Positions 47,401 to 62,400 of a stretch of 64,000 nucleotides of DNA are shown here, piece by piece. Position 1 is the first letter of the stretch. Every line of letters starts with the position of its first letter. This stretch comes from Styela clava (Eukaryota). A program made the position numbers and the translations under genes. The stretch lies in contig NC_135257.1 of the NCBI RefSeq assembly GCF_964204865.1, forward strand, positions 5,580,001 to 5,644,000. Direction: 5' to 3'. The notes under the pieces were generated by a model. The model was not told the origin of the DNA and did no database searches. It saw nothing but the letters and a program-made list of their open reading frames with translations.

Positions 47401-50400
47401 GAGTCTGTGTGATGTTCAATGGTGGTATAGACAAAGGTATATGAAAGTTACATACAAATAGCTCGCTCCAAGACCTTGTTTGGTCAATCACAGTCTGGGT
47501 GACCACTACAACAATAAAAACAAAGATACCCTATTTCCCAGCTAAAAAGTCAACCAGGCAAATAAGACAATGTCTATTTTTAGCACTAAAAAAGAGGGTT
47601 TTTCCATATAGGCCTCCAATAAGACTGGTAGATAAATTGCTCCTCTGTTGATCAGTTAAACACTAATATGCGCTAAATATCAACACTATGCTATGGAAAA
47701 TATTATAAGGCCAAATAGTCGATAATAACATGTGTAGTTTTATTTGATCGTTCTAATAAATTTATATGCTTAGAATCAGATCATGTTTATTTGGTAGAAT
47801 ATATCACAGAATTAACTATTCTTAACAATAAAGCGGTAACTTTAAGTTAAAAAGTAGCAATCATTTTAAATAATCTATAATTTTATACGGTTAGAACCAG
47901 ATCATGTTTGTTTGGTAGAATCATACTCACAGAATTAATTATTCTTAACGATAAAGGGTAATTTTAAGCCAAGGTCTAAGGTAATAAACAGCAATCATTT
48001 TGAACAACCTAATAACCCGAACGTTGAAATACCCTTTGAATAAGGTGCGATTATTATTAAACTGTATGTCCATGGATTTGTTAACAGCTGTGTTTTCCTG
48101 TCTATTTCGTTTTCCGTCAATCGGCAAAACAGAAGTATCATAAATTACTTTATCTCGGTGGCCGTGATTTCTCTTCAAAGTCCCGATAAGTGGCGGACGT
48201 AAACGGAAGTGCTTCATGACACCAGCCAGTTATGATTACAAAGGAGTTTTTAAAAAGAATATGACAAATAACAGCTGTCAGTACGAAGTCAATTAAATAT
48301 CATGATTGGCATACCCTTTGGCGTCATAGAGTACATGATAAAATATATCAAACCAAATATAAGGTTAACACAAATCATGTTTGAGAAGACTCCTGCAAGA
48401 AAAGCTGACCACAGAAAAAGAAAATAAGCATACTCACTGAATAAGACAGCCCCCCCCCCAAAAAAAAAAAAAATCAGGCCGAAAAAATGGGTCTAGAAAA
48501 GCGACTTATTTGCCGGGACATACGGTAAGTCTTGACAATATGCGTATTAAGTCAACCTTGTTTATAAAATATCAGAAAGGTTTAGCAACAGTCACCTTAA
48601 AATTAGAATCATCGGTAGTTGTGTTCCTTTCCTTCATTAATCTTTCCATTTCTTCTCTGCCCGTTGGATCATCCCAACTAACCTAAACAATAAATATATT
48701 GGGGCTCGCTGGTTGGTGTTTCATGCTAAATGTTAGGGATGCACTTGCCATCTCAGATCTGATTACCCTGCATGGGTTAACATCCCTTATGAAATAATTA
48801 TGTGAACAAGAGTCTGAACGCATTGTTATAGAATGTTTTAAAATGTCGAGGTTCAACACAAGGTGTATGCTGGCAAATCAGTCACAATACCAAGACTATG
48901 TGTACAATGTGTTTGTTAAAAATGAATATGTAAATTATCATAAAAATGACAGTATTAGATATATTTTATTTAAAATATTTTTTCCAAAACCACTTTTTAG
49001 TTACATAACAACAAGACTTACTAACAATGGTATTGGTAATATTTTAAGATATTAGCTCAGAATAAACATACTTGAACATCCTGAGATAATTCTGTTTTAT
49101 CATGATCTAAACTTTTCATTGGTAGAGGAGTACCAGAGGTTGTCATTGTGCGACGTTGAGCAGCTGCTATTGATGGAGATGGTGTATTCACCCTGCTACC
49201 TAAAATTGTTGAAAATAGGCGATCAGACTAGAATGACCGGTGGAATGATTGTTGAGTGACAAATAGAAGGTTTTGCACGAAACAAAGGTTTGACTACTAC
49301 CACAAGTAGAGGCAGGCAAAATCAAACATTTTTATCAAATAAAATAATTCGAATATTTATAACAAGTATTGAATATTCGAATAGCGAATATCTTCAATTA
49401 CTATACAACAAGAGGCACAGACCAGGACTCCAGATGTCCAACACTATGGAAAATATTATAAGGCCAAATAGTCGATAATAACACATGTAGTTTTATTTGA
49501 TCGTTGTTTGCTTATAATGATCTTTTTGGCGACCGACATCCTAAGCTAGTGTTTCTATTTTTTGGCAGAACTGTATATGTACATCGGCAAAAGACTATGA
49601 TGAAGGAGTCAGTTCAGAAATCCACGTTAATTTTTTATCTGATTAGTATCTTTTGTGTCGGCTTTAATCGTTTTTATCATGGTTGGCAAAATAACCATCC
49701 CAATTTGGGGCCTACTGACTCTGGGATTTATGAATTGTGATAATTGACTTTCTTATGCTTTTACTTTTCAATTGTGTAAAACTTCAGCAAAGTTGAAAAA
49801 GTGATTAAATAAATCAGAAATAATAGTAATAGTATTTCTCAACTGTAAAAATGATATATCCATTTTAAAATGATTGTAAATTGTCATAGAATACTCTATC
49901 ATCAGGTTTGATGTTTCTAAATTTACAGTGGGGCCTACGAGAGAATTGTTAAAATTCAAGCGCTGCTGTCCTGCTTTATATTTAGAAAATCAAGTATCAT
50001 GAGTGTGGAAAGCTGTGCAATGAATTCTAACCGGATTCAAGCATTTGATTTAGCGATGCATGAGTTTTGTGTCCAAGCAAAATGGCGCAAGGCCATATTG
50101 TGGCACCAGTAATTCAGATACTAAAATTTCATTCAAATATTTTAATATTCCATTACCCATTCGTTATTTGAATATTTTGCACAGCACTTCATATGAGTTG
50201 GCTTTGCACTGGTTTACTATTACAAGGCAGAGTTGATAAGAAGGCTTAAACATATGGTGAACGATCGCCTCTCGCACAGGTTTGGATCAAAATAGTTAAC
50301 TAGTGGATTGTGCCAGAATGACTTTAATGTTGGAGGAAATAAGACGGTTGAGTGAGCCACCCATCATTGATGTACAAACTTTGTGAAACATCATGCCATT

Positions 50401-53400
50401 GTAGGCTCGGCTAAGAATAGCCCTTTTCCAGATGATTCAAAAGAAATACAGTACTTGGACGTGACATCACAATGAACAGTGATAACACGACCTAAATACA
50501 TGCAAAACATGGAAGGAACACCACATTCTAGCTAAACATTTGAAAATTTACAGAGACACGCTTTGAAAACATAATGTTGCAAGTGTGCGAGAATGAGGTT
50601 TTACTGCGCAAATGGTCTGGTGGTACCTTAGGAGAAACCTTTTTTGTTACCTAGTGTTTAACTTCAATCAAAAATTTTGGAGCTTCCAGATTCTACTAAT
50701 TGGTCGAAATCTATTAGTTGATAAATATATTTAGAACACTAATAAACTTACAGCTCAGCCTATGCATGTGTTTCTCATTCTTAAGATTAGTTGCTGACAT
50801 AATGTGCTCAAGTTTCTTTCGTAAATTTTCTCGAGCTTCTTGTGAATCTTCTATTTCTGGTTCTCCTTTTATTTTAGACTTGAATGGAAAAGAAAAGAGA
50901 CATTTAAATAAACTAAGTTAATTTAACGGTATTACAGTAATAATTTTTGGTAGTAAATTTATATTTAGTTTAAATTTTTGCCTATTTTGGTTGAACAAAG
51001 TTAAAGAATCATGATGCATGAATTCACGTAATAATAAATAAATAAAACACTGTTTCATCGGTGAAATAAATAGCACATTATATGCAGCAATATCACGGTT
51101 TACATTATAATTCATTTTGTTAAAAAGTATGAAGGAAAATTAAGAGCAAACTGTCTAACACAGGAAGATATCATTCAACACAATGCTAAAAGACTCTAAA
51201 AGACCTGAACTGCTTGTTGAACACTTGATGAATCCGCAACAATAAGTTGTAAGATATATGCAAAACAACTAATGTTCGTGACACCCAGGTTGTCAACGGT
51301 ATTGGCTATGTCCAGGCTGTCATCAGTTACCACTAAATCAATTTGGGGGCGGTTTGAATATTTTCACCATGAATCATGATAAAATGGACATCAAATCGTG
51401 TTATGAAAATCCTTTAGATTTTCACGATTGGTTATGTTTTTCCGCCCACCTCTAGCGTTGATCAATTTGTCTTCAATCAATTAGTTTGGTATACTGAAAA
51501 AAACAGATCTCAATCTTTCTTATATTATAACTTTCTCCGTCTCAGTAGCTGATTTGGTGGAGACAATTTTAAACCAAATTAAACAGGTAAAACATTCTGT
51601 AGGCCCGCAAAGGCCACAATCTCCCTTGAAATGTATAGTTGCTTGTTTAGCCTTGTCAAGAGCGAGTTGTGATGTATGTCATAGAGGTATCTGCACTGGG
51701 TCATACTTGTGTTATTCTCATTTACTCTCGTGCATTAACACTCACTGTTTTCGTTGAAGTTGTATCTTCTTCACTTTCTGTTGAATTGGATGAATTTCCT
51801 GACTTACCAGATGATGACGATTTGTTATCATTGGATGACGTTGAATTTCGAAGGGTCCGACGTCTCGTCTTGGGAGGACTGGTCGATACCATCTAGCAAT
51901 AAATACATACTAATACAAATTATTGAGTGAATTTGTTGTCATTCATAGTGAGACATACAAAATGAGTTAAATGAATTAGAAATAATCCTATTCAATATCA
52001 TAAATTTCTTGATTTTGTTAACAATTTTCAATACTATAATTGAAAAAAACATCACTTAAAGAATTTCACAGTCAAACGAATATAGGCAAATTTAATTTCC
52101 GATAACTTATGAAAAAAGAAAACGAATTAAAGGCCAACAACTGAAATAAAACGAATGAATGCGTTCAAAAAATTGAACGAAGCCCAGTCAATTTAATCTA
52201 AATTAATACAGTCATTGCAAATGGTACCCCGTGGCCTCCATAGGTGCTTCAATGCGACCGAAGACTCAAACGTGCCTAACAAGTAACCAATGTTTAATTG
52301 GATCCAGTGGCGCAGCCAGGGGGGGTTTTCGGGGTCGAACCCCCCCCCCCTTTTGAATTTTTTTGAAAACAGTAAAAGTCGCCGATAACGCGTGCAATTG
52401 CTTTCTGCTAAAATCGACGTATGTTTTCATCGAGGCGGCGTGTTATTTAGGCCGTAAACGCCTTCTCGTTGGTATTTATTCTCTCTAAATCACAAATTTG
52501 TGCCAGGGGAACAATTATAATTATTTTATTTTTGTACTCGCACGGAATTGTGAAAACTGAAAAAGCGTGCAATTGCCTTCTGCTAAAATCGCCGATTGTT
52601 TTCATCAGTGTGCTATTTAGGCTGTAAACGCCTTTACGTCGGTATTTATTCTCTCTAAATCACAAATTTGTGCCACGATAAACATGATGATTATTTTATT
52701 TTTGTACTTTGCAAGGAATTGTGAATTCGGTGAGAGTTATAATACGTTCATCGGCGGCGAGGTTCTAAAGACAAATGAAGGAGTAAACCCGCGATCTAAA
52801 TTTGACTGAAAATCGACAATATAAAATACAGAAAACAAAACCGTAAACAATAGGCTATAAGATTTGTCGAGTCCCGCGACAATCTAACAACGCTTTTCTA
52901 GTCTAAAAACGCTTTTGAAAATCGCAAAATTTCGTGTGCCCACGGCACACATTATGTTTCCTCGCTGTTTAGGGACATATCGCCATTAAAATCGAAACAC
53001 GGTTAATTGTGGGTGGGATCCATTACTTTAAAATTGTCATCGAAAATTTTAGTGTTATCATTAAACAAGGTTGAAAACGCGATTTTCCCCCTGTTAGTGA
53101 TGATATATAAGATAATTAATCTGAAGTATATCCATCAATTTTTATTCTACTGAAATAAATTTTACTCCATGAGAATTTACAGCAGATTTACGGATTTTTC
53201 GAAAGCTTTTATCTTTAAAAATAATCGGAGTGGCAGCATTGCGATTGAACGGAGTCAATGTTACAAGCACATCTCAAATTTGGCGAATTTGCAAAATAGA
53301 AAAAAAAGGATCAAAACAATATATAATAGGGCAGTTTACCACACAATTTTATGCGGAATTCCGTTATGTTTTAGAGCGGCTCTTGTTTTGTCGGCGCAAC

Positions 53401-56400
53401 CGCAGGTTAAATTGAAGACAATTAAATTAATAAAGCAGGACATTTTAAATATGCCCTTATCGGTCATGGATTGGTTACCTTGCGCAAGAGAAAAATCGTT
53501 TTTCGTTAGAAAAGTCGGCTCTTTTAACAAGTGACGTAATCGCGGCGACTGTTCGGCATGGATTTCGAGGCGGTGAATTTGTATTTTTGATTTACTGGTA
53601 TACTTTATATCTATTTTCATTGTATGAAGTAAAATTGTACTAAACGTGATTTTATATCAGATATCGAGATTTTACTAACGGCGATAACGAGGTCACAAGA
53701 TTGCAAAAATACGTATCAAAATTAAATATATCAGGCAGCTTATCTCATTGTTTTATGTCCATGGCAGTAATGTTTTTATTTTGACGTAGAAAGTAGAGAC
53801 CGCGAGTTGCGTTGGGACAATAAAAGTAATATATACGTAAGGATATTTTAGAATCTCGTAGTTGTCATGAATTGAATATTTTACGCGACAGAAGCTGAAA
53901 AGGCGGCTCTATTAACGAGCGCGTGATCGCGGTGACTGCTACAGACGGCATTAGTAATTTCCGATTTTGAAACCCCCCCTTTTAAAAATCCTGGCTGCGC
54001 GCCTGATTGGATCTATACACCAAAATGAACTGAAAATAATTCAGTAATATTTGATTGTATTGATATTAATATTGATTCATTCATACTTGAATAGATTTAT
54101 TAGGATCATAGACATGAGGAAATAAACTTTCATCAATTCTTGAACTGGTTTGTATACAAGCGTTAATCCAATATGGTGATACAATAAACTTCCCATCCCG
54201 TCTTGCAGCACAAAATTCCTTGTTCTTGTCATTTAATTTTCCCTGAAATAAGATCAGAAACAAAAATTATGACTTCGTGGGTTCAAACCTCGTGGACATA
54301 CATGCGAGAGAGAATTGCTGGACTTCTCACCATCAAATGGTGGTTCAAGTAAACAGCTAATGGTTAACTGCTCCCATGCCAAAATTGGACTAGAAAAGAG
54401 ATAAGACGCCATGGTCCACCGTATGATCAAGTCATATATCTGATTAATTTCACCTCGGTGCAAATCAAGAACTGGTAAAACTAAATCTATTGCAGTGGTT
54501 CCCAACCTTTTTTCAGACGCCTCAAGGATATGCTCGAATACTAAGTGGCACGTAGTACTTTCATGGTCACAAAATTAAATGACTAATATCAAACAACCGT
54601 TTTTACATACCGTAACATCTATTTCCGCAGAAATTACTTTAAAGTGAGAAAACTGCGCGAGTTTGCCATCAGCATGTTTCTGAAATCGTGGCGGGGCTTT
54701 ATTTTAGAAAAATAAACGCTTTCAAGTTTTTACGCTGTGATACTTCCCACGTATATAATTACTATTGAATCAACATTTCAATACCAAATATGAAATAAAC
54801 AATAAAGTTTACTATAAAGTAGAATTGGTAGCTTTTTGTTGACAGAACAAGCAACCAAAGAAAATATTCATAGCTATATGTTGGGGAAACTCTGATCTGA
54901 TGGATGCCTTTTAAATATACTTCACCTGGAATAAGAAATGAGTGCATGCATTGTCATACGTCCAACGAAATTCTCCACCATGATTAGAAATAAGTTTTCC
55001 CAAATCAGAGAACTGGTTGTGTAGTTTCTTCGCGAGAGAAATAACAAGATTTGAAAAAATATTCGAGCTGGAGGGATCAGTTGTTTCACTATTTGTTGTT
55101 GTGTCGCAATCTAAAACAGAAGGAATAGTATCTGATCATTATGGAATATTGAGAAAAATTTTACAAAAACTATTCCATTCTCCGCCATAGGTTTTTGTCA
55201 TTTTTTCATTAGGTTACTGCTCGTCGACATTTAGTTTTCGGAATAACTTCATCTTTGCAAAATTCCGTTTAACCTAGATCATTGGTTCTCAAATTTTTAT
55301 GAGACATGCCCTCATTCTTAAGACGCTCAACACTTCTGGCCCCCTTCTCTTCAGTAGCAATAAAATAAACTACCTAGTTTAACGACCTACCATGTTTAAC
55401 GATAAAAGCCCAACAAATAAAAGTGAAAGAATAAAAGCATCGTCATCAAGGAATAGAACAAATTTACTTTACATTAATATACCGGTACTTTTAAAATTAA
55501 TATACCCAGCTATATTGAAATGTGTTGAATATCTGATGACCTGACTGTACAATGACATTGTTTGTTCTATTCTGAAAGCAGAACACTCTAGTTCAAAACA
55601 GGGGGTTACACCCTCGTGACTTCGCTGATGGCTACACCCCTGATGTGGAGTGTAGCCTCCAGTTATTGGGAGTAATTGACATAAAATAACAGTTGTTATA
55701 AATGATGAAAAATATGAAATCAAACCTTTAGCTTCTTGCATTTCTTCTTTAACTTGTGTCTGTTCTGTTAATTTTTTTTCAAGATTCATAATCAATTCAT
55801 CAGGAATGTTTTTTACACCCTCGTCTAAACATCTACTCAAAAAAACACTCATCGGCTGAAAAGGATAAAAAACATGAGATTAGGTGAAAAAGATGAGATT
55901 ATATGATATACTGGTTTTTAGTCTGAGAAAAGTTAGGGCCTAATAATGTTCAATATTCGGACCTAAAATCTATCCAATTTATTCCAACCATGGTGATGTG
56001 ACGGGCATGGAAATTCAACCAGCGAATTTCACCTGTGATGTTATCTGGTCAAATTTCACGCTTTATATGTGAGATATAACAAGTCTCAAAGACAAGTGTC
56101 TCCTTGGGACAATAGTTAAGATTGCACTCTAACTAAACACAGCAGCTCTGAACATATCTGTTGCTACAGTGTTTCGGGAGACTTGAATCATTGACTCAAC
56201 TCAAATTGAACTCAGGTCACCATTTTACGAATAAGCAAAATGACTAGAGTCAACTAAATAAGAGTTTGACTCGGACTCGTCATTAACTAACTGCCAGTGA
56301 GATAACTCAGTGACCGGACTTCGGAGTCGACACTCAGATTACCTGTGACCAGGCTTGACTCATGACTCAGAGACCTCTACCTAACACTGATACTTGTACT

Positions 56401-59400
56401 GAGCCTTGTTCAGAGTGAATGTAAAAAATACGTTATAAATATAAGATTACAAAATAATTTACAGTTTCTGGATTTTCTTTCATTTCCTCCCGTATCTTCT
56501 TTTGCTTTTCAACTGGAGTTTTCAACAATTCAAATACTTCTGTGAGATCGAAAGAAACATTGACAGGAGGTCCACCTTTCGTCATGAATTTACTTGGTGT
56601 CTCCAAATTAAGTCTTTTGTACTGAAATATATATGATTATGTTCCTAGATTTACTGAAAGTCAAAAGTAATTAGGGATATGCATATCCATGTATAATAGA
56701 ATATCTCAGAAAATATCTTCAGACCTTTTTACGCCTTAACTTTAATTTTGAATATTAGAAAAACCTGGATATATTTTGCATCAAAATCATAAGACAGTGT
56801 TTCCAATTGCAGAAGAATTCCATCCAGGGAGAATTTGATTGTTTTAAGAAACAAGAAATTTCACTATGTATTTGCATGCAGTATTACTAATATTCTTTAC
56901 TGACTTTGTATTATTGTAATAACTGTACAAAATCTGTGGTATGGGCCACACCCACACGTATCACTAACTAATAGTAAGGGCCCGACCGATATATCGGCCA
57001 TGTTTTTCACAAATTTCGGCATCGGCTAATTTTACCGATATATATCGGCCAATCATGTGACTGCCAAAGTGCACATACATAAACGTATATTATATATTAT
57101 ATGAGCCAATGCAGAAAAACTCTGCTCAACTACATCTGAGACTGTTGAACTGGAGCTATTGAGATTCATATGCTTCCTGCCTTACAATATGTGTTCTTTC
57201 TTGCCACGCACACAATTGCACGAGTTCAACATTTCATTTCTTTTGCAACAAAAACACAATATTCTCAGAGTGTTGCTTGTTGTAGGTGAGGGAACATTGA
57301 ATATCAATATCGGCCTAGTTTTAGAAAACTAACGATATCGGTTCAAAAAGGCAGTATCGGCCGGGCCCTACTAATAATATATTAGCATTGAACAACAAAT
57401 GAAAACGGTTTTATGCACAGGGAGAGGGGAATCAAAAGTTTCAAAATATGCAAATAAAGAATGAGTCAAAAAAGGTTGGGAACCCCAGGCATAATGAAAG
57501 ATTATGGTATATGATAATTGATAATCCCAGCCAGCATTTGTGTAGCGAAATGAAATTCTTAGATTTCCAAACTAGGAAAATTTATTACAACAGAAAATGT
57601 ACGTACTATTACTGAATTGTATGTCAAAAGTCAAATTCAAAATGTAATAGCCTCATGATCTGAAATATAAAATACACTCACCCTCACTCTTAATGGTGTT
57701 TCCTTATTCTTAATGGCTTCTTCCCTGGCTTTCTTCTCAGCATCTGCTTTTGCTTCGAGTCTCTTTCTGATCTTATCCACAACACTAGGTGGGCGTGGCA
57801 TGGGAGGAAACTCTGTGTTCCATCCCACGTAACTGTGAGACTTGATCTTGGAAACTGAGAAAAAATATTTAAGAGTGTAAATATTCTTCATTCAAAAATG
57901 AATAAAACCGCTAAGAATCCTTCTTCAGTTTGTGTGTTTCCGTTGGCGCAATGGTTTAGCGCTTGACTTAACTGTGTTGGCATGATAGGTTACATGTCTC
58001 TGATTCAATTCTCATGCCTACCACCTCAACCAAGGTGTAATAAATTGCAAATTGTACCGAAAAGTTTCCGGTGCTTCCAAATGAGGTAGCTTGTTTCTTA
58101 TCAGTGCCTATTTGTTCTTGTTCTAGCAAAAGCCAAGAACAAGCATTGTATAAAAAAATGCAAAAAAAGTCTCATGGGAGAATAGCACTTTTGAGCTTAA
58201 TAGTATGATGGGCTTCATGCAATCTTTGTTGTCAGTTATGACTTTCTATGATCATTTTGATACAACATTTTCACATGCCTTTCTCTACACACATGTATAT
58301 GATATTGATATTCAGTAATTTATCCGGGCATTTGTATATTATCTTCTGTATTCTTATATATATTATCTTCTTATATTGTCATTGACCACATAGACTTGCT
58401 AAGTCGTGACATGCTTTAATCATTTAACATCGCCATACCAGCAGTATAATTTACACTAGTTGAGCATGTCTCCTAAATGAAATACAACTCAAACAGTACT
58501 ACACAGTAAAACGCCAAATTAACAACTGCCTTGCACACTGGCGAGCCCCATGCATCACACATAACAACTTCCACGAGTTACTTACCAGTATGCAGCGCAA
58601 ACCAAGTATATGCAACTACAACACAACAGTGCAAGACATTACATTTACCTTTACTCAAAACCTCACTTCTTGATACAGCTTCCCTGGCAGTTGTTGAAGA
58701 TGATGATTGAGGTACTGATGTTATATTCTCTGTTTGCTTTCCTCTTCTTGGTTTGTCGACTGAAAATTCATCTTCAATCATCCTTTTACCTTTTTTAGCT
58801 GATTCATAAACCCATCTATGAGAAATAATATTTTGAATTTTAATATAATGTAAACCAGGGATTCTTGAAGTGGGCAATATGCTGCATCAGTCAAAAAGTC
58901 AGAATTACCACCGAAACTTGTTTTGCATATGGATTGTACACGACCAAAATGTCTCTAAAGATTAAGAAAACTCATCGAAGATCACCAAAATCATCCACCT
59001 CACTAGAAAACCACCATGTACTTATACGAAGCCTTGTAGATAGAGAAAATACTTGGAACAGTCCATACAAAAAACTACATTTCTACAAGACTTACTCTTC
59101 AGTGACAGTCACAATCCCCCAGCTTTTGCATCCATCATATTTATCCCCTCCTGGTTCATTTATTATAAGATGAGTAGTTTGTTTCAAATCTTTTGTATCT
59201 CTTCTTGCAACAACTTCTTGAACTAAACCACCTGTAAGAAAGGAATTGGTGACTGATGAAAAAAAAATTGGAAAATAGTCCAAATATGGAAATATGGAAA
59301 ACATAATATCAAAACGATCCCTAAGTACACTTAGTGTCCAATAATTGAATGATAAATCATCAAAGGGTTTTTCCATTCTATTTCAAAATTAAAGTTCTCA

Positions 59401-62400
59401 ATAGATGATATACTGAAGAAAAATTGTCTTACCTAGGTCTTCAATGAGCCTTGAAAGATACACTCGTTCCGAGTCTCGATATTTACTCAAACATGCAACA
59501 CACTCTTGAAGAGGATATGAATCAGGAGGCACTGAAAACGGAATACACATTGGGTGTTCATCGGTTTCTATAAGTCTTCCTTCTTCTATTGAGAATTTCT
59601 GGAAGAAAATAGACTCAAATTAATGAATTGTGAAATTATTAATAGATTTCAAAAAATTTTAAAATTCATAAACTTGCCAGATGAGAAAGATGAATTACAA
59701 AGATTATTTATGTTATGCAAATCAAATAATGCCTCCACGATAGGATAGAATTTCCCTATTCAATTCTGAATATAATCAGTTATTTGTTTCAGATGCAAAG
59801 ACTCCATGGCGAAGTAAACCGTAGTAGACCAGCGGTTAGGTGAACTATGACAACGAAGAGTTCAGCCATCCTCTCACACTTAACTATTCACAGGATCCAC
59901 GAGATTCAACCTCGCAAACCGGCGGAGAGAAATCAGAAGAGCGAGAGCGAAAGAGAAATGTATTTTTAACACTTAGCACTATCCATTTATATCAGACTAG
60001 ATGTTGTTAAATTTCTGACAGATACTTACAATCCAGAAATTGGTAACAACATCCTGAACAGTTCTATCAACAGGCCAACCTGTTAAAGGTACAACTGCAT
60101 AATCTGCTATATGTTTGCTATTGACTGGAAGCACAGATCCTGCGTATGACTGAAGATACAAAATTTTATTCATCAAATAGAAGCCTAGTCAACAAATATA
60201 AATTTTTGTGAGCCTGCAACTAATATTTGTAGCTATATTACTGAAAGAGGAGTTGCAATAGAACATATTGCAGAATACTCATGATTCAGTTGACACTGGA
60301 CTTGAAAACTTGTAGTCTAGTCAACACTGTTACAGAAAATGACTCATGCCAAGGAATGTTTCAGAACATAGATTCTCAAAGGCAAATTTTTGACATTGGA
60401 AGTGTTGAAAATTGCAACTATCAAGCGAAATTCCCTCATCTAGTAGATAACTGCAAAGGAGTACAGGAATAACGATGTAGTGCAATGAAATACATGCATA
60501 CTAACAATAGTCCTAATTATCTGAATTTTATCAAAAATAATCCATTTCAAATCTTGTTTTGAAAAAAGAAATGTTTTGTGTATTCAAAATATAAAACACA
60601 ATCAAGCATTAAAATATTTAAACAACAAAAACAAAATGACAATATAGATTGTACTTCAATTCACGGAAGTCATCAATCTTTTATATTACCTCAATATCTG
60701 CTATTAATTCCTCTAATTCTTCAGCAGAAAATCCAAATATGAAAAAAACTTTCCCAGCGAAAATGTTTGTGATACTTGTCTCAGACTGCATGGTAGTAGA
60801 TTCCATTTCTGTATAAAAGAGAAAAACTTGCTTTGTACGGTTTATATACCAAGAAAACAAATCTATCATCTAAATTGCTTAAATATTCGGCATAAATACA
60901 TAAACGAGAATATCGGTCAGAGACCGAAGACTTATCAAGCGAAAGTTAGGGGATCCCCCAAAACAGCGCTCTTACTCCATAGTGAAACCTTTTGTCCCAT
61001 CACTAATTAATTAATAACTCGCTAATTATACGACATAATTCTTCCAGAATCAATAGGCTTCTGGTATGACATATGATGAATGCACATGCAAAATCTGGAG
61101 CAGATTCAATCTCGCTTTTGTGAGATATCGCGTGCATCTAACAGACAAACAAACAGACAGACAAATATCTATCAACTTACTTACCGATTAAAATCGATAA
61201 GTAACTAGTGATAGCATTGATAAGTCTTATGCGTGGAGAATTGCTGTCATATGTGGGATGGTGTTCCTGAACAGTACCAAACCTCACAGACCTGCTATGA
61301 TTGGCTTGGTAACCTGGTAACTCTTTCCCATAGATGAAATGTTGCTTTGCTTTGATTATTACTCAGATATATCTAAACTTCAGTGGTCGTTTGAAACGAC
61401 CAGGCTAAACTTGCTTTAGAAAAATTGTATAAAAACGGTTTCAAAAATTGTATGATACCTGTAGTTTCATTATCTTGAGGTCGAGTTTCATCGATATCCA
61501 TGTTAGTTTCATCTCCATATTCCGTTCTTAATTTTCTCCGTAGGAATGAACTACTTTCATGCATTGTATCCTGACAACAATAAAAATATATTTGTAAAAA
61601 ATTTGGTCTCTGAGCAGGAAGCATAAATTTAGATACATGGGGAGACCTGTAATACAAATAATTTAAGATTGATTAACAGAAGAGCTTAGCTGTAAAGTAA
61701 AAGATTTGTTAAAAATACTAAAACCTCATTACATAACACCAGTAGAAAGTACCGTAATTATTACTAAATTTATTTACTGAATTCTTACCAAATTATTACT
61801 AAATGGCGTGTACCAATACGGAGGTAACTAATTTTGTTCGCCTATTTTACATCAAGTTGTGTAAGGGACTGAAACCTGGGCAGGGGTATATTCACTTGGC
61901 TAACACAGACAGTCCACGAACTTTTAGTAGAACTAAAATAAAGAAAACCGGTATGAAATTATGGCCTAACCCAAACCTGGTACACATACTACAGGAGTAC
62001 CTACTAAATTGTTACGCCTAAAAATTATTGAGGACTGGGGAAAAATTTATCACATACGCGGTAAATTTTTCTAAACAAAACATAATCGAACAAAAGCAAT
62101 AAGGGCTTTACCCCAAAAGTGAAAAACTTGAAAAAGAAGTTTTGAGAAAATTAAGCAAATGTATAGTTTTGATTTTTGAACTCCTGTGACTCTTCCTTGA
62201 AATGCTTTGGCTAAGACTGAATACCAGCTTGAAGATCTGAAGAATATTTCTTTGTAATATTTTAAAAAAAATTACCAAAATCATAACTTTAGCTTTTTTT
62301 TTGTCTTGAAATCCTCGATTTGTAAGAAATATAATTATTTGCGTAATACATATTACTAAAATAGCCACAACATTTTAATTTGGCGATTAAAAAGGCAGCT

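Noticed and set aside
53169-53620. Transposase ORFs inside the hAT element
   Set aside because: Short overlapping ORFs with no BED finger, DDE or dimerisation motifs.
54493-56389. Additional hAT MITEs (CAGTGGTTCCCAAC end at ~54493; GACTC-rich stretch 56167-56389)
   Set aside because: Likely real remnants, but no paired TIR with a matching TSD could be established, so boundaries are unsupported.
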